Source of the DNA: an uncultured bacterium
Lineage (GTDB): Bacteria > Verrucomicrobiota > Verrucomicrobiia > Limisphaerales > UBA8199
Assembly: GCA_963749495.1 (NCBI GenBank)
Contig: CAVVMW010000029.1
Coordinates: 32,001 to 96,000, forward strand
Direction: 5' to 3'
Length of the DNA: 64,000 nucleotides
Positions within the stretch are counted from its first letter, which is position 1. Each line of letters opens with the position of its first letter. Below are positions 53,686-63,204 of this stretch, in pieces. The position numbers were made by a program, and so were the translations under genes. The notes under the pieces were generated by a model. That model searched no databases. It had not been told where the DNA came from and saw only the letters and a list, made by a program, of their open reading frames with translations.

Positions 53686-54348
53686 TCAGTTGGGTGCCTG
53701 GGGCGTTTTTTTTAGACCGTGTTCCTGGAAGAAGCGCTGGATGCTCTCGGGAGCCACGGCGAGGTTACGTTGCTCTCGGAGCCGGGTGGCGATCTGCTCG
53801 AAGCTCAGTGCGGGCTCCTTGATGTATTCCACCAAGACCCAGAGGGTGGTTTGCGTGCTCAGCGCGGCCGTGGGGCTGGTGGCTTGCGCGAAGGCGGCTT
53901 GCTCGCGCTGCTGGCGATTGAGGTGCGGGTCGGCCGCCAGGTAGCGAAACTGGCCTGAGAGCCGGAGACGATCCAATCGGCCCGCCTTGTGCAGTTGGCT
54001 CAAAACGGCGTGACAGGGGTGTTGCAACTTCCCGGTCAGTTCGCTGGCGGACAGTCCGGCGGGGCTGCCTCCGACCAGGTGATCAATGGTGGCGGTGAGA
54101 CTGCCGTGTTTGGAAAAGCCGATCCCTCTGTAGTGCCACAGGCCATCTCGGTCAAAGTCTGGGGAATCGCGCAGAGTGTACCACTTGCCGTTCTGGGTGT
54201 AACTCCTGAAGTAGCCGACCTGCTTGAGGAAGCGGCGCACCGAGATCAGGGCGTAGCCGAGAGCCTCGGCGAGTTGGTCGAGCATCCAGCACTTGCGGCG
54301 GTGGAACAATTTTTCCAGGCGCTCGGTCGCGGGCCGTGGAGGCGTCAT
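53686..54348 (-). CDS. IS accessory protein (HTH/winged-helix-like)
   Basis: ~220-aa basic ORF inside the TIRs, co-oriented upstream of the transposase. Confidence 0.75.
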   Translation of the reverse strand: MTPPRPATERLEKLFHRRKCWMLDQLAEALGYALISVRRFLKQVGYFRSYTQNGKWYTLRDSPDFDRDGLWHYRGIGFSKHGSLTATIDHLVGGSPAGLSASELTGKLQHPCHAVLSQLHKAGRLDRLRLSGQFRYLAADPHLNRQQREQAAFAQATSPTAALSTQTTLWVLVEYIKEPALSFEQIATRLREQRNLAVAPESIQRFFQEHGLKKTPQAPN

Positions 54349-54390
54349 AGGCAAATGATATAGTGTTAAACTATCCGTCAGATATTCAAT

Positions 54391-54418
54391 ACTGTATCAT
54401 GGGCTGGGGGCTTGTCAA
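54391..54418 (-). promoter_or_regulatory. Sigma70-type promoter for IS operon
   Basis: TTGACA-16 nt-TACAGT with extended -10 TG, ~40 nt upstream of the ORF1 start. Confidence 0.6.
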
Positions 54419-55100
54419 CGCCTTGGCTCGCTCGGCCCGTCCAACGCAGCGCACCGCTTAAGCCACGCCGGGAGAAGGGCTTACGACTACCAGACCTTCA
54501 AAGCTGAAAAACCAGATAGGGCCACCGATGGGACAAAATGATCGAGTATGAAAGTCTGCGGTCGCTGTAAGTGCCTGCCCACCAACGACGCAACCGAGCT
54601 TTGCGATCATAGCCCGAGTTCGTCCTGAGCGCCCCCAACTGCACATCTTCCAGTCACAGGCACAGATGAATCACCAGCCGCCACGGAAATGAGTGTGCCC
54701 ACAAATCGTGACGGCAAGCTTCTCCATTTGGGCACAAAAACCAAACCCCTCACGATCAACAATGAGCATCAACAGAAAGGAAAAACAACTAAACCAAATG
54801 AAAACCATCCTCCTCCTCCGCGACTTCCACCTGTTTTCTGCAAGACCCCAACCCCATCCTGATCCGCCAGCTCAAAGACGTGCTCCAGGAGGCCAAGACC
54901 AAATCGAAGACGCTCAGCATTCAGAGCCGTACACGGGACTGCCAGGCCATGACCAGTCCGAGCCCCGCAAGAGGAAGCGTCAATGAGAGGGGGGGCTGAC
55001 GGCGGGCCAAATGAAGCGCAGCGGTCGGATTCCTGGCCGAGACCGGGGCAAAAAACAATTGCTTTTCAGCGTTGAGCGGACTAATCTGTGTTCACTTACT

Positions 55101-56255
55101 ATGAGCACAACTACACCAAAGACAATTGCACTCGAAATCGCCGCATTGGCGGGTGACGGCATCGGCCCGGACATTATGCGGGAGGCGATCAAGGTTTTAA
55201 GGGCAATCGAAAAGAGGTTCCACCTGACGCTTGAGATTACGGAGGGGCTAGTGGGTTGGGCAGCAATCGACAAGGAAGGGAAGGCCTTGCCGGATAGCAC
55301 CCTGGCTCTGTGCAAGAAGTCCGGCGCGATTCTCTTCGGCGCGGTTGGGTTATATTACCGGGATCCCGAAGCGGTTAAAGAGAAGCGGCCGGAGCGGGCA
55401 TTGCTGCGGCTGCGCAAGCAGCTAGGGTTGTTCGCCAATCTTCGCCCGGTTAAACTTTATCCTGAATTGGCGGATGCCTGTCCTCTGCAACCGGAACGTC
55501 AGGGTGAGGGGATCAACATCCTCATGGTGCGTGAATCAACGGGAGGTCTCTACTATGCCTACCCCAAGAAGACCGAACCGGTGATGGAAATGAAAGAGGC
55601 GGGGACCCCAGCACAAGAGGTCTTGCGAGCAGTGGACACGATGGCTTTGACGGCGTCTGAGATCGAACGGATCGCTCACGTGGCTTTTCGAGCGGCGTGG
55701 CTGCGGCGAAGGAAGGTGACCAGCGTTGACAAGGCCAATATTCTGGAAACAAGCATTCTCTGGCGCAAAATAGTGACTGAAACGAGTCATCAGTATCCGC
55801 AAGTGACCCTCGAAAACATGTTGGTGGATACAGCGGCCATGCAACTGGTCTTGCGACCCTCGCAGTTTAACGTGATCCTCTGTGAAAGCACTTTCGGAGA
55901 GATTCTCAGTGACGAAGCGGCGGCTCTAGTGGGGTCGTTAGGGATGATGCCGAGCGCCAACCTCGGCTATGCGCGTGATGGCCAGACCCGCGGCTTATTC
56001 GAGCCTGCGGGTGGCACCGCGCCCGATATCGCAGGGAAGAATCTGGCCAATCCGATCGCAGAGATTCTGGCTGCCGCCTTGATGTTGCGCTATAGCTTCG
56101 GATTGGACGAAGCTGCCACAGCTATCGAAACCGCTGTCGGAAAAGTGATTTCCGCCGGGTACCGCACGGCTGACATTTTCACCGCTGGCGCAAGTGCCCT
56201 TCGCCAGGTCAGCACTTCACAAATGGGCGATGCCATTGTCGAGGCGATATCGTAG
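55101..56255 (+). CDS. leuB: 3-isopropylmalate dehydrogenase, divergent paralogue
   Basis: GDGIGP, LRKQLGLFANLRP, VDKAN, ILSDEAA, EPAGGTAPDIAGKNLANP. Confidence 0.85.
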   Translation: MSTTTPKTIALEIAALAGDGIGPDIMREAIKVLRAIEKRFHLTLEITEGLVGWAAIDKEGKALPDSTLALCKKSGAILFGAVGLYYRDPEAVKEKRPERALLRLRKQLGLFANLRPVKLYPELADACPLQPERQGEGINILMVRESTGGLYYAYPKKTEPVMEMKEAGTPAQEVLRAVDTMALTASEIERIAHVAFRAAWLRRRKVTSVDKANILETSILWRKIVTETSHQYPQVTLENMLVDTAAMQLVLRPSQFNVILCESTFGEILSDEAAALVGSLGMMPSANLGYARDGQTRGLFEPAGGTAPDIAGKNLANPIAEILAAALMLRYSFGLDEAATAIETAVGKVISAGYRTADIFTAGASALRQVSTSQMGDAIVEAIS

Positions 56256-56817
56256 GAGAGGGGAGTGCGCAGGCGCGTGGCGGTTCACGGTTTCCCCACT
56301 TTTCAACAGACTCAATATGGGGGAAGGAGCACCGTGCATCGTGCGCCGTCGGCCTTTAGGTCGAGGGCTGATTGATCAGGGCATCAGGGTGCTGCACGGC
56401 TTCTCGATATGGCCATGGCCCTCCTGACCATTGAAGAGCCAATATTGGCTGGGTTCAAGAGCCGTCCCGGGGTTGTCGAGCCGGATGATTTGTTCGGCGG
56501 CAAACAACGCGCATGACGATTTGAATGCACAAATGTCAAACTGTGTGTTTCCAGCAATGTGTGCGTCTTATTTGCTGCTCGTCGTCGATCCGATGAAATC
56601 TGTGGGGATGAGATGACGATTAGCCGGGCTGTAACGCCATCAGAGCGAGCGGCTTCATGGCGACCGCACGGACAGCATTGTCGAAACATGGATCCAGGTG
56701 AAAGGGGTTTCTCAGGGGTCCGTACCGAAGTCCTGGGCCACGAGATCTAGGCACGCCGTAATTCCCCACCTTGCCTCGCCAGTCCTCCCCACCTAGTGTA
56801 AATTGGCAGCGCCGAAC

Positions 56818-57255
56818 ATGAGCGTCAGAGCAGTCTTGTTTTTGTGCACCGGCAACTACTATCGGAGCCGCTTTGCCGAGGGACTCTTCAACCACTTGGC
56901 CGGCCAACTGCGCCTAGGCTGGCGAGCCGACTCCCGTGGGTTGGCCCTGGGGCAGGCAGAAACGGACAATGTGGGCCCCATCTCCATTTGCACCCTGGAG
57001 GCCTTCAAGCTCCGGTCCATTCCAGTCGCCGAGCCGATTCGTTACCCCAGGGCAGCCACTCTTGCAGACTTGACCTCGGCCGACCTCATCATTGCTCTGA
57101 AGGAAGCGGAGCATCGCGCACTGATGCGGCAGCATTTTCCCGATTGGGAACACCGCATTACGTACTGGCATGTGCATGATCTGGATCAGGCGCCGTCCCA
57201 CCTCGCGCTGGCCGAGATTGACACCCTGGTCCGGGATCTCATCGCTCGCCTTTGA
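56818..57255 (+). CDS. Low-molecular-weight phosphatase (LMW-PTP/ArsC family)
   Basis: VLFLCTGNYYRS P-loop. Confidence 0.88.
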   Translation: MSVRAVLFLCTGNYYRSRFAEGLFNHLAGQLRLGWRADSRGLALGQAETDNVGPISICTLEAFKLRSIPVAEPIRYPRAATLADLTSADLIIALKEAEHRALMRQHFPDWEHRITYWHVHDLDQAPSHLALAEIDTLVRDLIARL

Positions 57256-57294
57256 AAGCCCTTGCCATAGCACTAGGCTATGGCAACTGAGGGC

Positions 57295-57322
57295 AACCGC
57301 GGAATACGCGGAATACGCGGAA
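57295..57322 (+). repeat. (CGCGGAATA)n repeat, same family as 46276-46410
   Basis: AACCGCGGAATACGCGGAATACGCGGAA. Confidence 0.75.
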
Positions 57323-57610
57323 AACAAAGCCGCTCAGCGATCCCGGATGGGGATTGGCCGGCATTGGGGCAGCCCCATTTCATCGCGGTTGCATCCGCAT
57401 AGATACGATCACGGAAAGGAAGAAACAACGCCTGCCTTGGTCTCTTGAAGGGAGGTGACTTTTTTGTCCTGCGCCCTCTCCGTGCTGCCGGCAGGCCGGG
57501 GCCCTCGCGTCCTTTGCGTCGCTTTTGTCCCTTTTGTCCCTTGCACTTCATGCCGCGCGATCCCGGCGAGGGGTTCCTGCCCGCTCCTGACTCGCCCGAC
57601 CATCCGGCCG

Positions 57611-58990
57611 CTACGGTTTGAGCGCCGCCACGGCCTCATCGAGCGCCTCGGCCAGCACGGCCAGGCCCTCGCGGACGGCCTCCTCGGGGATGGTCAAGGG
57701 CGGGGCGATCTTAACGGTCTGGCCCCAGGCGCCGACCGGGCTGAAGAACAAGAGCCCTTTGTGGAAGCAGCGTTCGACGATGTCATGGGCCAGGTCGTGG
57801 TTTGGCTCTTTGCGGCCGGGCTGAGTCATCTGGAGGCCGCCGACAAGGCCCCGGCAGGTCCAGTGCCCGACCACCTCCGGGTGCGCGCGCTGCAGGCCCG
57901 CCAGGCCCGCGGCCAGGGGTTTCTCCATCCGCGCGGCATTGGCCGGGAGGTCCTCGGCGACGATTTTGCGGAGGTTGGCCAGGGCGGCGGCGCAGCAGAC
58001 AGGATTGCCGGTGTGTGTGCTGGTCATGGAGCCGGGGGGGAATTGGTCCATGATCTCGGGACGGCCGATGACGGCCGAGAGGGGGAGCGAGCTGGAGATG
58101 CCCTTGCCGCAACAGATGAGGTCGGGCGTCACGCCGTAGTGCTCGAAGGCCCAGAACTTGCCCGTGCGGCCGAAGCCGGACTGGACCTCGTCGAAGATCA
58201 GCAGCGCGTCGTTGGTCCGGCACCAGTCTGCAAGGCGGCGGATGTACTGGGCTGGCGCAAAGTCGGGGCCTACGCCCTGGTAGGTCTCGAACATGACCCC
58301 GGCAACGTTGCCGGGTTCGAGCCCCTTTCTTTCGAGCGTCTCCAGGAACAGCTCGAAGCGGGTGTCCGTGGTCCAGTAACCATCCGGGAATGGGACCTGG
58401 ACGATGTCCGGGTCTTCGTTGACGATCCAGCCTTTTTGTCCGGGAATGCCGCCGGCCTGCTGGGCGCCCAGTGTGCGGCCATGAAAGCCGCGTTCGGCGC
58501 CCACCAGGCCGATCTTGCGGGTGCCGCCTTTGCGGATGCCATGGGCGCGGGCGAGCTTGAGGGCGCACTCGGTGGCCTCCGAGCCGGTCGTGAGCAGGAA
58601 GACCTTGCCCAACCCCGGGGGCGCCAGGCGGACCAACTCCTCGACCAGGTCGGCGCGCTGCCGGCTGGGGAAGACGTAGTTGTGCAAGAGACCACCGTTG
58701 ACCTGCTCGATGATAGCGCGGCGGACCTCGGGCGCGCCGTGGCCGGAATTCGCGACGAGGACCCCGCTGGTCCAATCCAGCCATCGGTTGCCGTATTTGT
58801 CATAAACAAAGATGTCCTCGGCGCGGTCCCAGACCAGCGGGGGTTGCCCGCGCATGGACTGGGGCTCGAACCGGCGCAATCGCTCCAGAATCGGCACCGA
58901 GTCGGGGTGCGGCAACGGTGTGAGGATGCGCCGGTATTTGGTTTCTACCCGCGGCACGGCGCGGGGGGTGATGTCGAATTCTTTGCCCAT
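57611..58990 (-). CDS. Class III PLP aminotransferase (GabT-like)
   Basis: GSEATE, FHGRT, DEVQSGFGRTG, PDLICCGKG. Confidence 0.92.
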   Translation of the reverse strand: MGKEFDITPRAVPRVETKYRRILTPLPHPDSVPILERLRRFEPQSMRGQPPLVWDRAEDIFVYDKYGNRWLDWTSGVLVANSGHGAPEVRRAIIEQVNGGLLHNYVFPSRQRADLVEELVRLAPPGLGKVFLLTTGSEATECALKLARAHGIRKGGTRKIGLVGAERGFHGRTLGAQQAGGIPGQKGWIVNEDPDIVQVPFPDGYWTTDTRFELFLETLERKGLEPGNVAGVMFETYQGVGPDFAPAQYIRRLADWCRTNDALLIFDEVQSGFGRTGKFWAFEHYGVTPDLICCGKGISSSLPLSAVIGRPEIMDQFPPGSMTSTHTGNPVCCAAALANLRKIVAEDLPANAARMEKPLAAGLAGLQRAHPEVVGHWTCRGLVGGLQMTQPGRKEPNHDLAHDIVERCFHKGLLFFSPVGAWGQTVKIAPPLTIPEEAVREGLAVLAEALDEAVAALKP

Positions 58991-58992
58991 AG

Positions 58993-60271
58993 TCAGATCG
59001 GTCGAGCGTAAACCACCTCAAACACCTTTCCCTCGCCCTCGCGGTTTGGGTCCACGATGGTGAGGCCCTCGGGGCCGAAGCGGGCGGAGACGGTGGCGCC
59101 CTTGCCGGCCTGGAGGTATTTGAAATTGAGGTCGCGCACGATGCGGGCGGCGTGGACGACGGCGACGGTGATGCGCGCCTCTTCGGCAGTCGGGTAAATC
59201 TGGGCCAGGTCCTGGCGGCTGGCGCCCAGGAACTTCATCCGGCAAACAGCCGCCAGCCCGGCGATGAGGCTGTCCACGCCGTAGCCGACATACCCCTGGG
59301 AGCCGTCAGGGCGATTGACCTCGCGCGTGAAATGGTTGTTGGCGGTGCGGCTGCCCCCGCCCTGGTTCCACCAGCGCAGCCCGCGGTATTGCTGGTCGCT
59401 CTCGACCTTGCCGCGGGCGCCCACGATCTCGTGGCCCTGGTTGACGGGCCCCTCGAAATCGGGCGGCGTCACCCAGTTGTTCAGGAAATGGATGCTCATG
59501 CCGTTGTCGAAATCCACGCGGACCTGCACGGCGTCGAAGGCATTGATGCCGTCGCTCACCAGCCGTTTTTTCTGGCCGACGGCCGTCAGCGAGACGGGTT
59601 TGCTATGGTAGTAGTGGCAGATCAAATCGAACCCAGTGCGGCCCGACGTAGCTGAAGGGGTCGCTGTGCTCGACCCACTTGAAGGTGCTGGTGGAGACCT
59701 CCAGCGGTTCCTCCAGGTAGGCCACGCCGTAGAGGGGTTGGCCGATGCGGTGGCGCAGGTCGTGGCGTATCCGCAGGTGGTCGGGGTCGTAGCGTTTGTG
59801 CATGTCCACCGCCACGATACGGTCCCGGCTCCGGGCCAGGTCAATGATGCGGTCGGCCTCGGCCAGGTCGAGGCACATCGGTTTTTCGGTCAGGACGTGC
59901 GCGCCGGCCTCGAGGGCGGCGAGGATGACCTCGGTGTGCAGGTGATCGGGCGTGGCCACGGCCACGATGTCCAGGCCGGGAAAATCCCCCAGCATCGCCA
60001 GCCATGGCCGCTCTCCCCAATAGGCGCGCGGGGCGCAGCCGGTCCGGCCCTGGTAATCCGCCTGCGCCCGGCGGGCGGATTTTTCCGTGCGCGTGGCCAC
60101 GGCAACCAGTTCGAACCGGAGCGGCGCCAGGTCCCGCGCCCAGGCATCCAGGCCCAGGCGCCCCAGTTGCGGGCTGATGCCGCTGCGCTGCAGATCGGCA
60201 TAGGCGCGCGCGTGAACGTCCCCGCCGAACATGCCCGCCCCCACCAATGCCAGTTTGATGCTGCCTTCCAT
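58993..60271 (-). CDS. Gfo/Idh/MocA oxidoreductase; +1 frameshift at ~59630
   Basis: GAGMFG, VATPDHLH, EKP; removing one base gives YVGPHWxDLICHYY. Confidence 0.85.
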
Positions 60272-60363
60272 CGTGACGGCGAGTTCTATCATCCAGGGCG
60301 GCCGGGTGCAACGAAAACACTTCGGCTGGACGGCGGGATCGGCCAAACCTAAGATGCCCAAGG

Positions 60364-61086
60364 ATGATCGGAACGATTGTCAACGTGGGCGGCATCGTGG
60401 TGGGCGGCATCGCCGGCCTAAGCGGACGCCGGGCGCTCCGGCCCGTCACGGAGTCGAATCTGAAGGTGATCCTGGGGGTGTTCACGGTCTATTACGGTTT
60501 GCGGCTGGCGTGGCTGAGCCTCGGGGGTTCAGTGGGGCAGGTCCTCAAGCAGGTCCTCATCGCGGTGCTGGCATTGACGGTTGGCAAGCTGGCCGGGCGG
60601 TTGCTGGGCCTGCAACGGATGTCCAACGCATTGGGCCGGGCGGCGCGCCAGAAGATTGCCGAGGCCAGGCCGGACAACCCGCGCCGCCTGGGCGAGGGAT
60701 TCAAGGTCTGCGCGGCGCTCTTTTGCGCCGCCCCGCTCGGGGTGGCCGGGGCCGTGCAGGACGGGCTCTCCCAGTATTGGTACCCGCTCGGGGTCAAGGC
60801 GGCGATGGATGGGCTGGCAACGATGAGTTTTGTCTCTCTATTCGGAGGCGGGGCGATGCTCTCGGCGGTGCCGGTGCTGGCCGTGCAGGGCACGATCACG
60901 CTGGCGTGCGGGCAGTTCCTGAAGCCATTCCTGGAGGGGCGCGCCCTGGTGGATTCCGTGAACGCCGTGGGCGGGTTGGTGGTCTTTTGCGTGGCGCTGG
61001 TGATACTGGGTCTCAAGCGCATCGAGTTGGCCGAATACCTGCCGAGCCTGCTGTTTGGCCCGCTGCTGACCTGGCTCTGGAGGTAG
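60364..61086 (+). CDS. DUF554-family membrane protein
   Basis: MIGTIVNV, GAVQDGL, KAAMDG; multiple TM helices. Confidence 0.85.
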   Translation: MIGTIVNVGGIVVGGIAGLSGRRALRPVTESNLKVILGVFTVYYGLRLAWLSLGGSVGQVLKQVLIAVLALTVGKLAGRLLGLQRMSNALGRAARQKIAEARPDNPRRLGEGFKVCAALFCAAPLGVAGAVQDGLSQYWYPLGVKAAMDGLATMSFVSLFGGGAMLSAVPVLAVQGTITLACGQFLKPFLEGRALVDSVNAVGGLVVFCVALVILGLKRIELAEYLPSLLFGPLLTWLWR

Positions 61087-61152
61087 GCCCCGTGCAACAA
61101 TGGGGTCAAAACCCCATTGTCTGGCTAATGCAGCCAATTAAACGTAGTTATT

Positions 61153-61740
61153 ATGCAAAACGTGTTTGGCGTTCCGCCTTTCGGCGCTTCGGATCTCGAA
61201 GCGAGTCCCAGTTTCAATGTCGTTATCGCTTACGAAGATTTCCAAACCGGCAAGCACGCCAAGAGGACTTACGATTTTCTGGCGGAGCACCTGGGCCGGG
61301 AATGCGAGTTCACCAACCAGATGTGGAAGTTCGACGTGCTGCGCATCGCCAAGCTGCGGGAGATGGCGGTCAAGGACGCCGCCCAGGCCGACATCATCAT
61401 CATCTCCAGCCACGGGGCCGACGAACTGCCGCAGCCGGTGAAGGCCTGGATCGAGATGTGGCTGGCCGAGAAAGGCAACGCCATCGCCCTGGTCGCCTTG
61501 TTCGACTGCCCCAGCGATGAAGCCGCCAGGACCAGCGGGATTCGGGCCTATCTTGCGGACGTTGCCCGGCGCGGCGGCATGGAGTTCTTCGCCCAACCGG
61601 ATGATTGGCCGGGCCGGCGCGAGGCAGGTGGCGAATTGCAATTCGAGGATGCCTTCCGCTTTGACGCCAGGACCCTCGCCACGCTGGCCGGCGTCGTCCA
61701 ACAGGACTCGGGTCCCCCCCGCTGGGGAATCAACGAATAG
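61153..61740 (+). CDS. Hypothetical protein (Verrucomicrobia-type)
   Basis: 195-aa ORF with host-like codon usage; FNVVIAYEDF...MWKFDVL. Confidence 0.7.
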   Translation: MQNVFGVPPFGASDLEASPSFNVVIAYEDFQTGKHAKRTYDFLAEHLGRECEFTNQMWKFDVLRIAKLREMAVKDAAQADIIIISSHGADELPQPVKAWIEMWLAEKGNAIALVALFDCPSDEAARTSGIRAYLADVARRGGMEFFAQPDDWPGRREAGGELQFEDAFRFDARTLATLAGVVQQDSGPPRWGINE

Positions 61741-61761
61741 GCCTGTCCCGGTCCGTGGAGT

Positions 61762-61852
61762 CGCGAAGCGTTTTGGACTGCGCCAGTCCTCTGGCGCTTT
61801 CGCGCCGCCAGCGTCCGAAAAGCGCCGGAGGACTGGCGCAGTCCAAAACCTT
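61762..61852. repeat. REP/REPIN-like palindromic repeat, copy 2
   Basis: TTTTGGACTGCGCCAGTCCTCTGGCGCTTT...AAAGCGCCGGAGGACTGGCGCAGTCCAAAA. Confidence 0.85.
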
Positions 61853-61962
61853 GCGGCTTCCCCGACGGTTTAGTCCCTTGTGTCCCTTGTCAGATGTGCC
61901 CTCTGCTCTGGGCGCGCGACTTTCCCCTCGCCAAGGCCGGGCCGCCGATTACACTGCGCCTC

Positions 61963-63117
61963 ATGACGAACGTCCGTTTGGGGCTCATCGGTCTTGGCAA
62001 CATCGGCCAGCATCATGCCGGCTACCTGTTGGCGGGCAAGGTCAACCGCGCCCAGTTGGTGGCGGTGTCCGATGCCGTGCCGGGGAAGCTGGAGAAGTTC
62101 AAGCAGTTAAAGGCATTCACCGACGGCGAGGAGTTGATCGGCTCGGGCCTCGTGGATGCGGTCATCATCGCGACGCCGCATTACCAGCACACGACTCTGG
62201 GCATCGCCGCCCTCCAACGGGGTCTGCACATCATGGTGGAAAAGCCCATCTCGGCGCACAAGGCCGACGCCGAGCGGCTGATTGCGGCGCACCGGCAGAG
62301 CCCGCGGCTTGTCTTTGCGGGGATGTTTCAGCTCCGGGCCGAGCCGCGCTACTTGAAGATGAGGAAGCTGCTGCGGGAGGGCGAGCTGGGCGACCTGGTG
62401 CGGATGAGCTGGATCATGACGGATTGGTTTCGCACGGAGGCCTACTACGCCAGCGGCGGCTGGCGCGCGACTTGGAAAGGCGAGGGAGGCGGCGTGCTCC
62501 TCAACCAGTGCCTCCACAACCTCGATGTCGTCCAATGGCTGCTGGGCATGCCCGCCCGCGTGCGCGGCTTCTGCCAGCTCGGACGCTTTCACCAGATTGA
62601 GGTCGAGGACAACGTCTCGGCTTATCTCGAATATCCCAATGGGGCGACGGGCCTGTTCGTTTCCTCGACCGGCGAGGCGCCGGGCACCAACCGGTTCGAG
62701 CTGGCCGGCACGCGCGGCAAGCTCGTGCTCGAGCGCAACCGGCTCTGCTTCACCCGCAACGAGACCGATATGCTCGAGTTCAGCCGAACCTCCAAGGTCG
62801 GGTTTGCCAAGCCCGATGTGTGGCAGATCGAGATCCCGTTCGATAACGCCGCCAACAACCATGCGCTGCTCCTGCAGAACTTCGTCAACGCCATCATCGA
62901 GGGCGAGCCTTTGATCGCCCCGGGCCAGGAGGGCATCCATTCGGTCGAGTTGGCCAATGTGATGCTCTACTCCTCGCTCGCCGGCCAGACCATCGAACTG
63001 CCCCTGGACAGCGCCGCCTACGAGAACAAACTCAATGAGTTGATCGCCCAATCCAGGCTCCAAAAGAAAGTGGTCGAGGTCATAGACGAGGATTTCACGA
63101 AATCCTTCAACCGGTAA
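61963..63117 (+). CDS. Gfo/Idh/MocA oxidoreductase
   Basis: GLGNIG, ATPHYQH, EKP, WRATWKGEGGGVLLNQ. Confidence 0.92.
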   Translation: MTNVRLGLIGLGNIGQHHAGYLLAGKVNRAQLVAVSDAVPGKLEKFKQLKAFTDGEELIGSGLVDAVIIATPHYQHTTLGIAALQRGLHIMVEKPISAHKADAERLIAAHRQSPRLVFAGMFQLRAEPRYLKMRKLLREGELGDLVRMSWIMTDWFRTEAYYASGGWRATWKGEGGGVLLNQCLHNLDVVQWLLGMPARVRGFCQLGRFHQIEVEDNVSAYLEYPNGATGLFVSSTGEAPGTNRFELAGTRGKLVLERNRLCFTRNETDMLEFSRTSKVGFAKPDVWQIEIPFDNAANNHALLLQNFVNAIIEGEPLIAPGQEGIHSVELANVMLYSSLAGQTIELPLDSAAYENKLNELIAQSRLQKKVVEVIDEDFTKSFNR

Positions 63118-63137
63118 ACGCTCCGGCGCCGACCTTC

Positions 63138-63194
63138 CGTCATTCGTCATTCGTCATTCGTCATTCGTCATTCGTCATTCGTCATTCGTCATTC
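63138..63194. repeat. Heptamer tandem repeat (CGTCATT)x8
   Basis: Eight perfect copies in the intergenic gap. Confidence 0.95.
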
Positions 63195-63204
63195 ACGTCC
63201 CCCT

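Larger units (their letters stand above)
51834..54612 (-). mobile_element. Complete two-ORF insertion sequence (2779 bp), unclassified, MULE/IS256/ISL3-like DDE
   Basis: 22-bp imperfect TIRs (15/22) starting CTATG; 8-bp direct repeat CCCGAGTT at 51826-51833 and 54613-54620. Confidence 0.9.

Noticed and set aside
54798..54986. MKTILLLR... as a leucine attenuator leader for leuB
   Set aside because: ORF is ~62 aa, with no terminator hairpin/U-tract; more like a signal-peptide stub.
46276..63194. Short repeats as a CRISPR array
   Set aside because: No 25-45-bp repeats with unique spacers and no cas genes.
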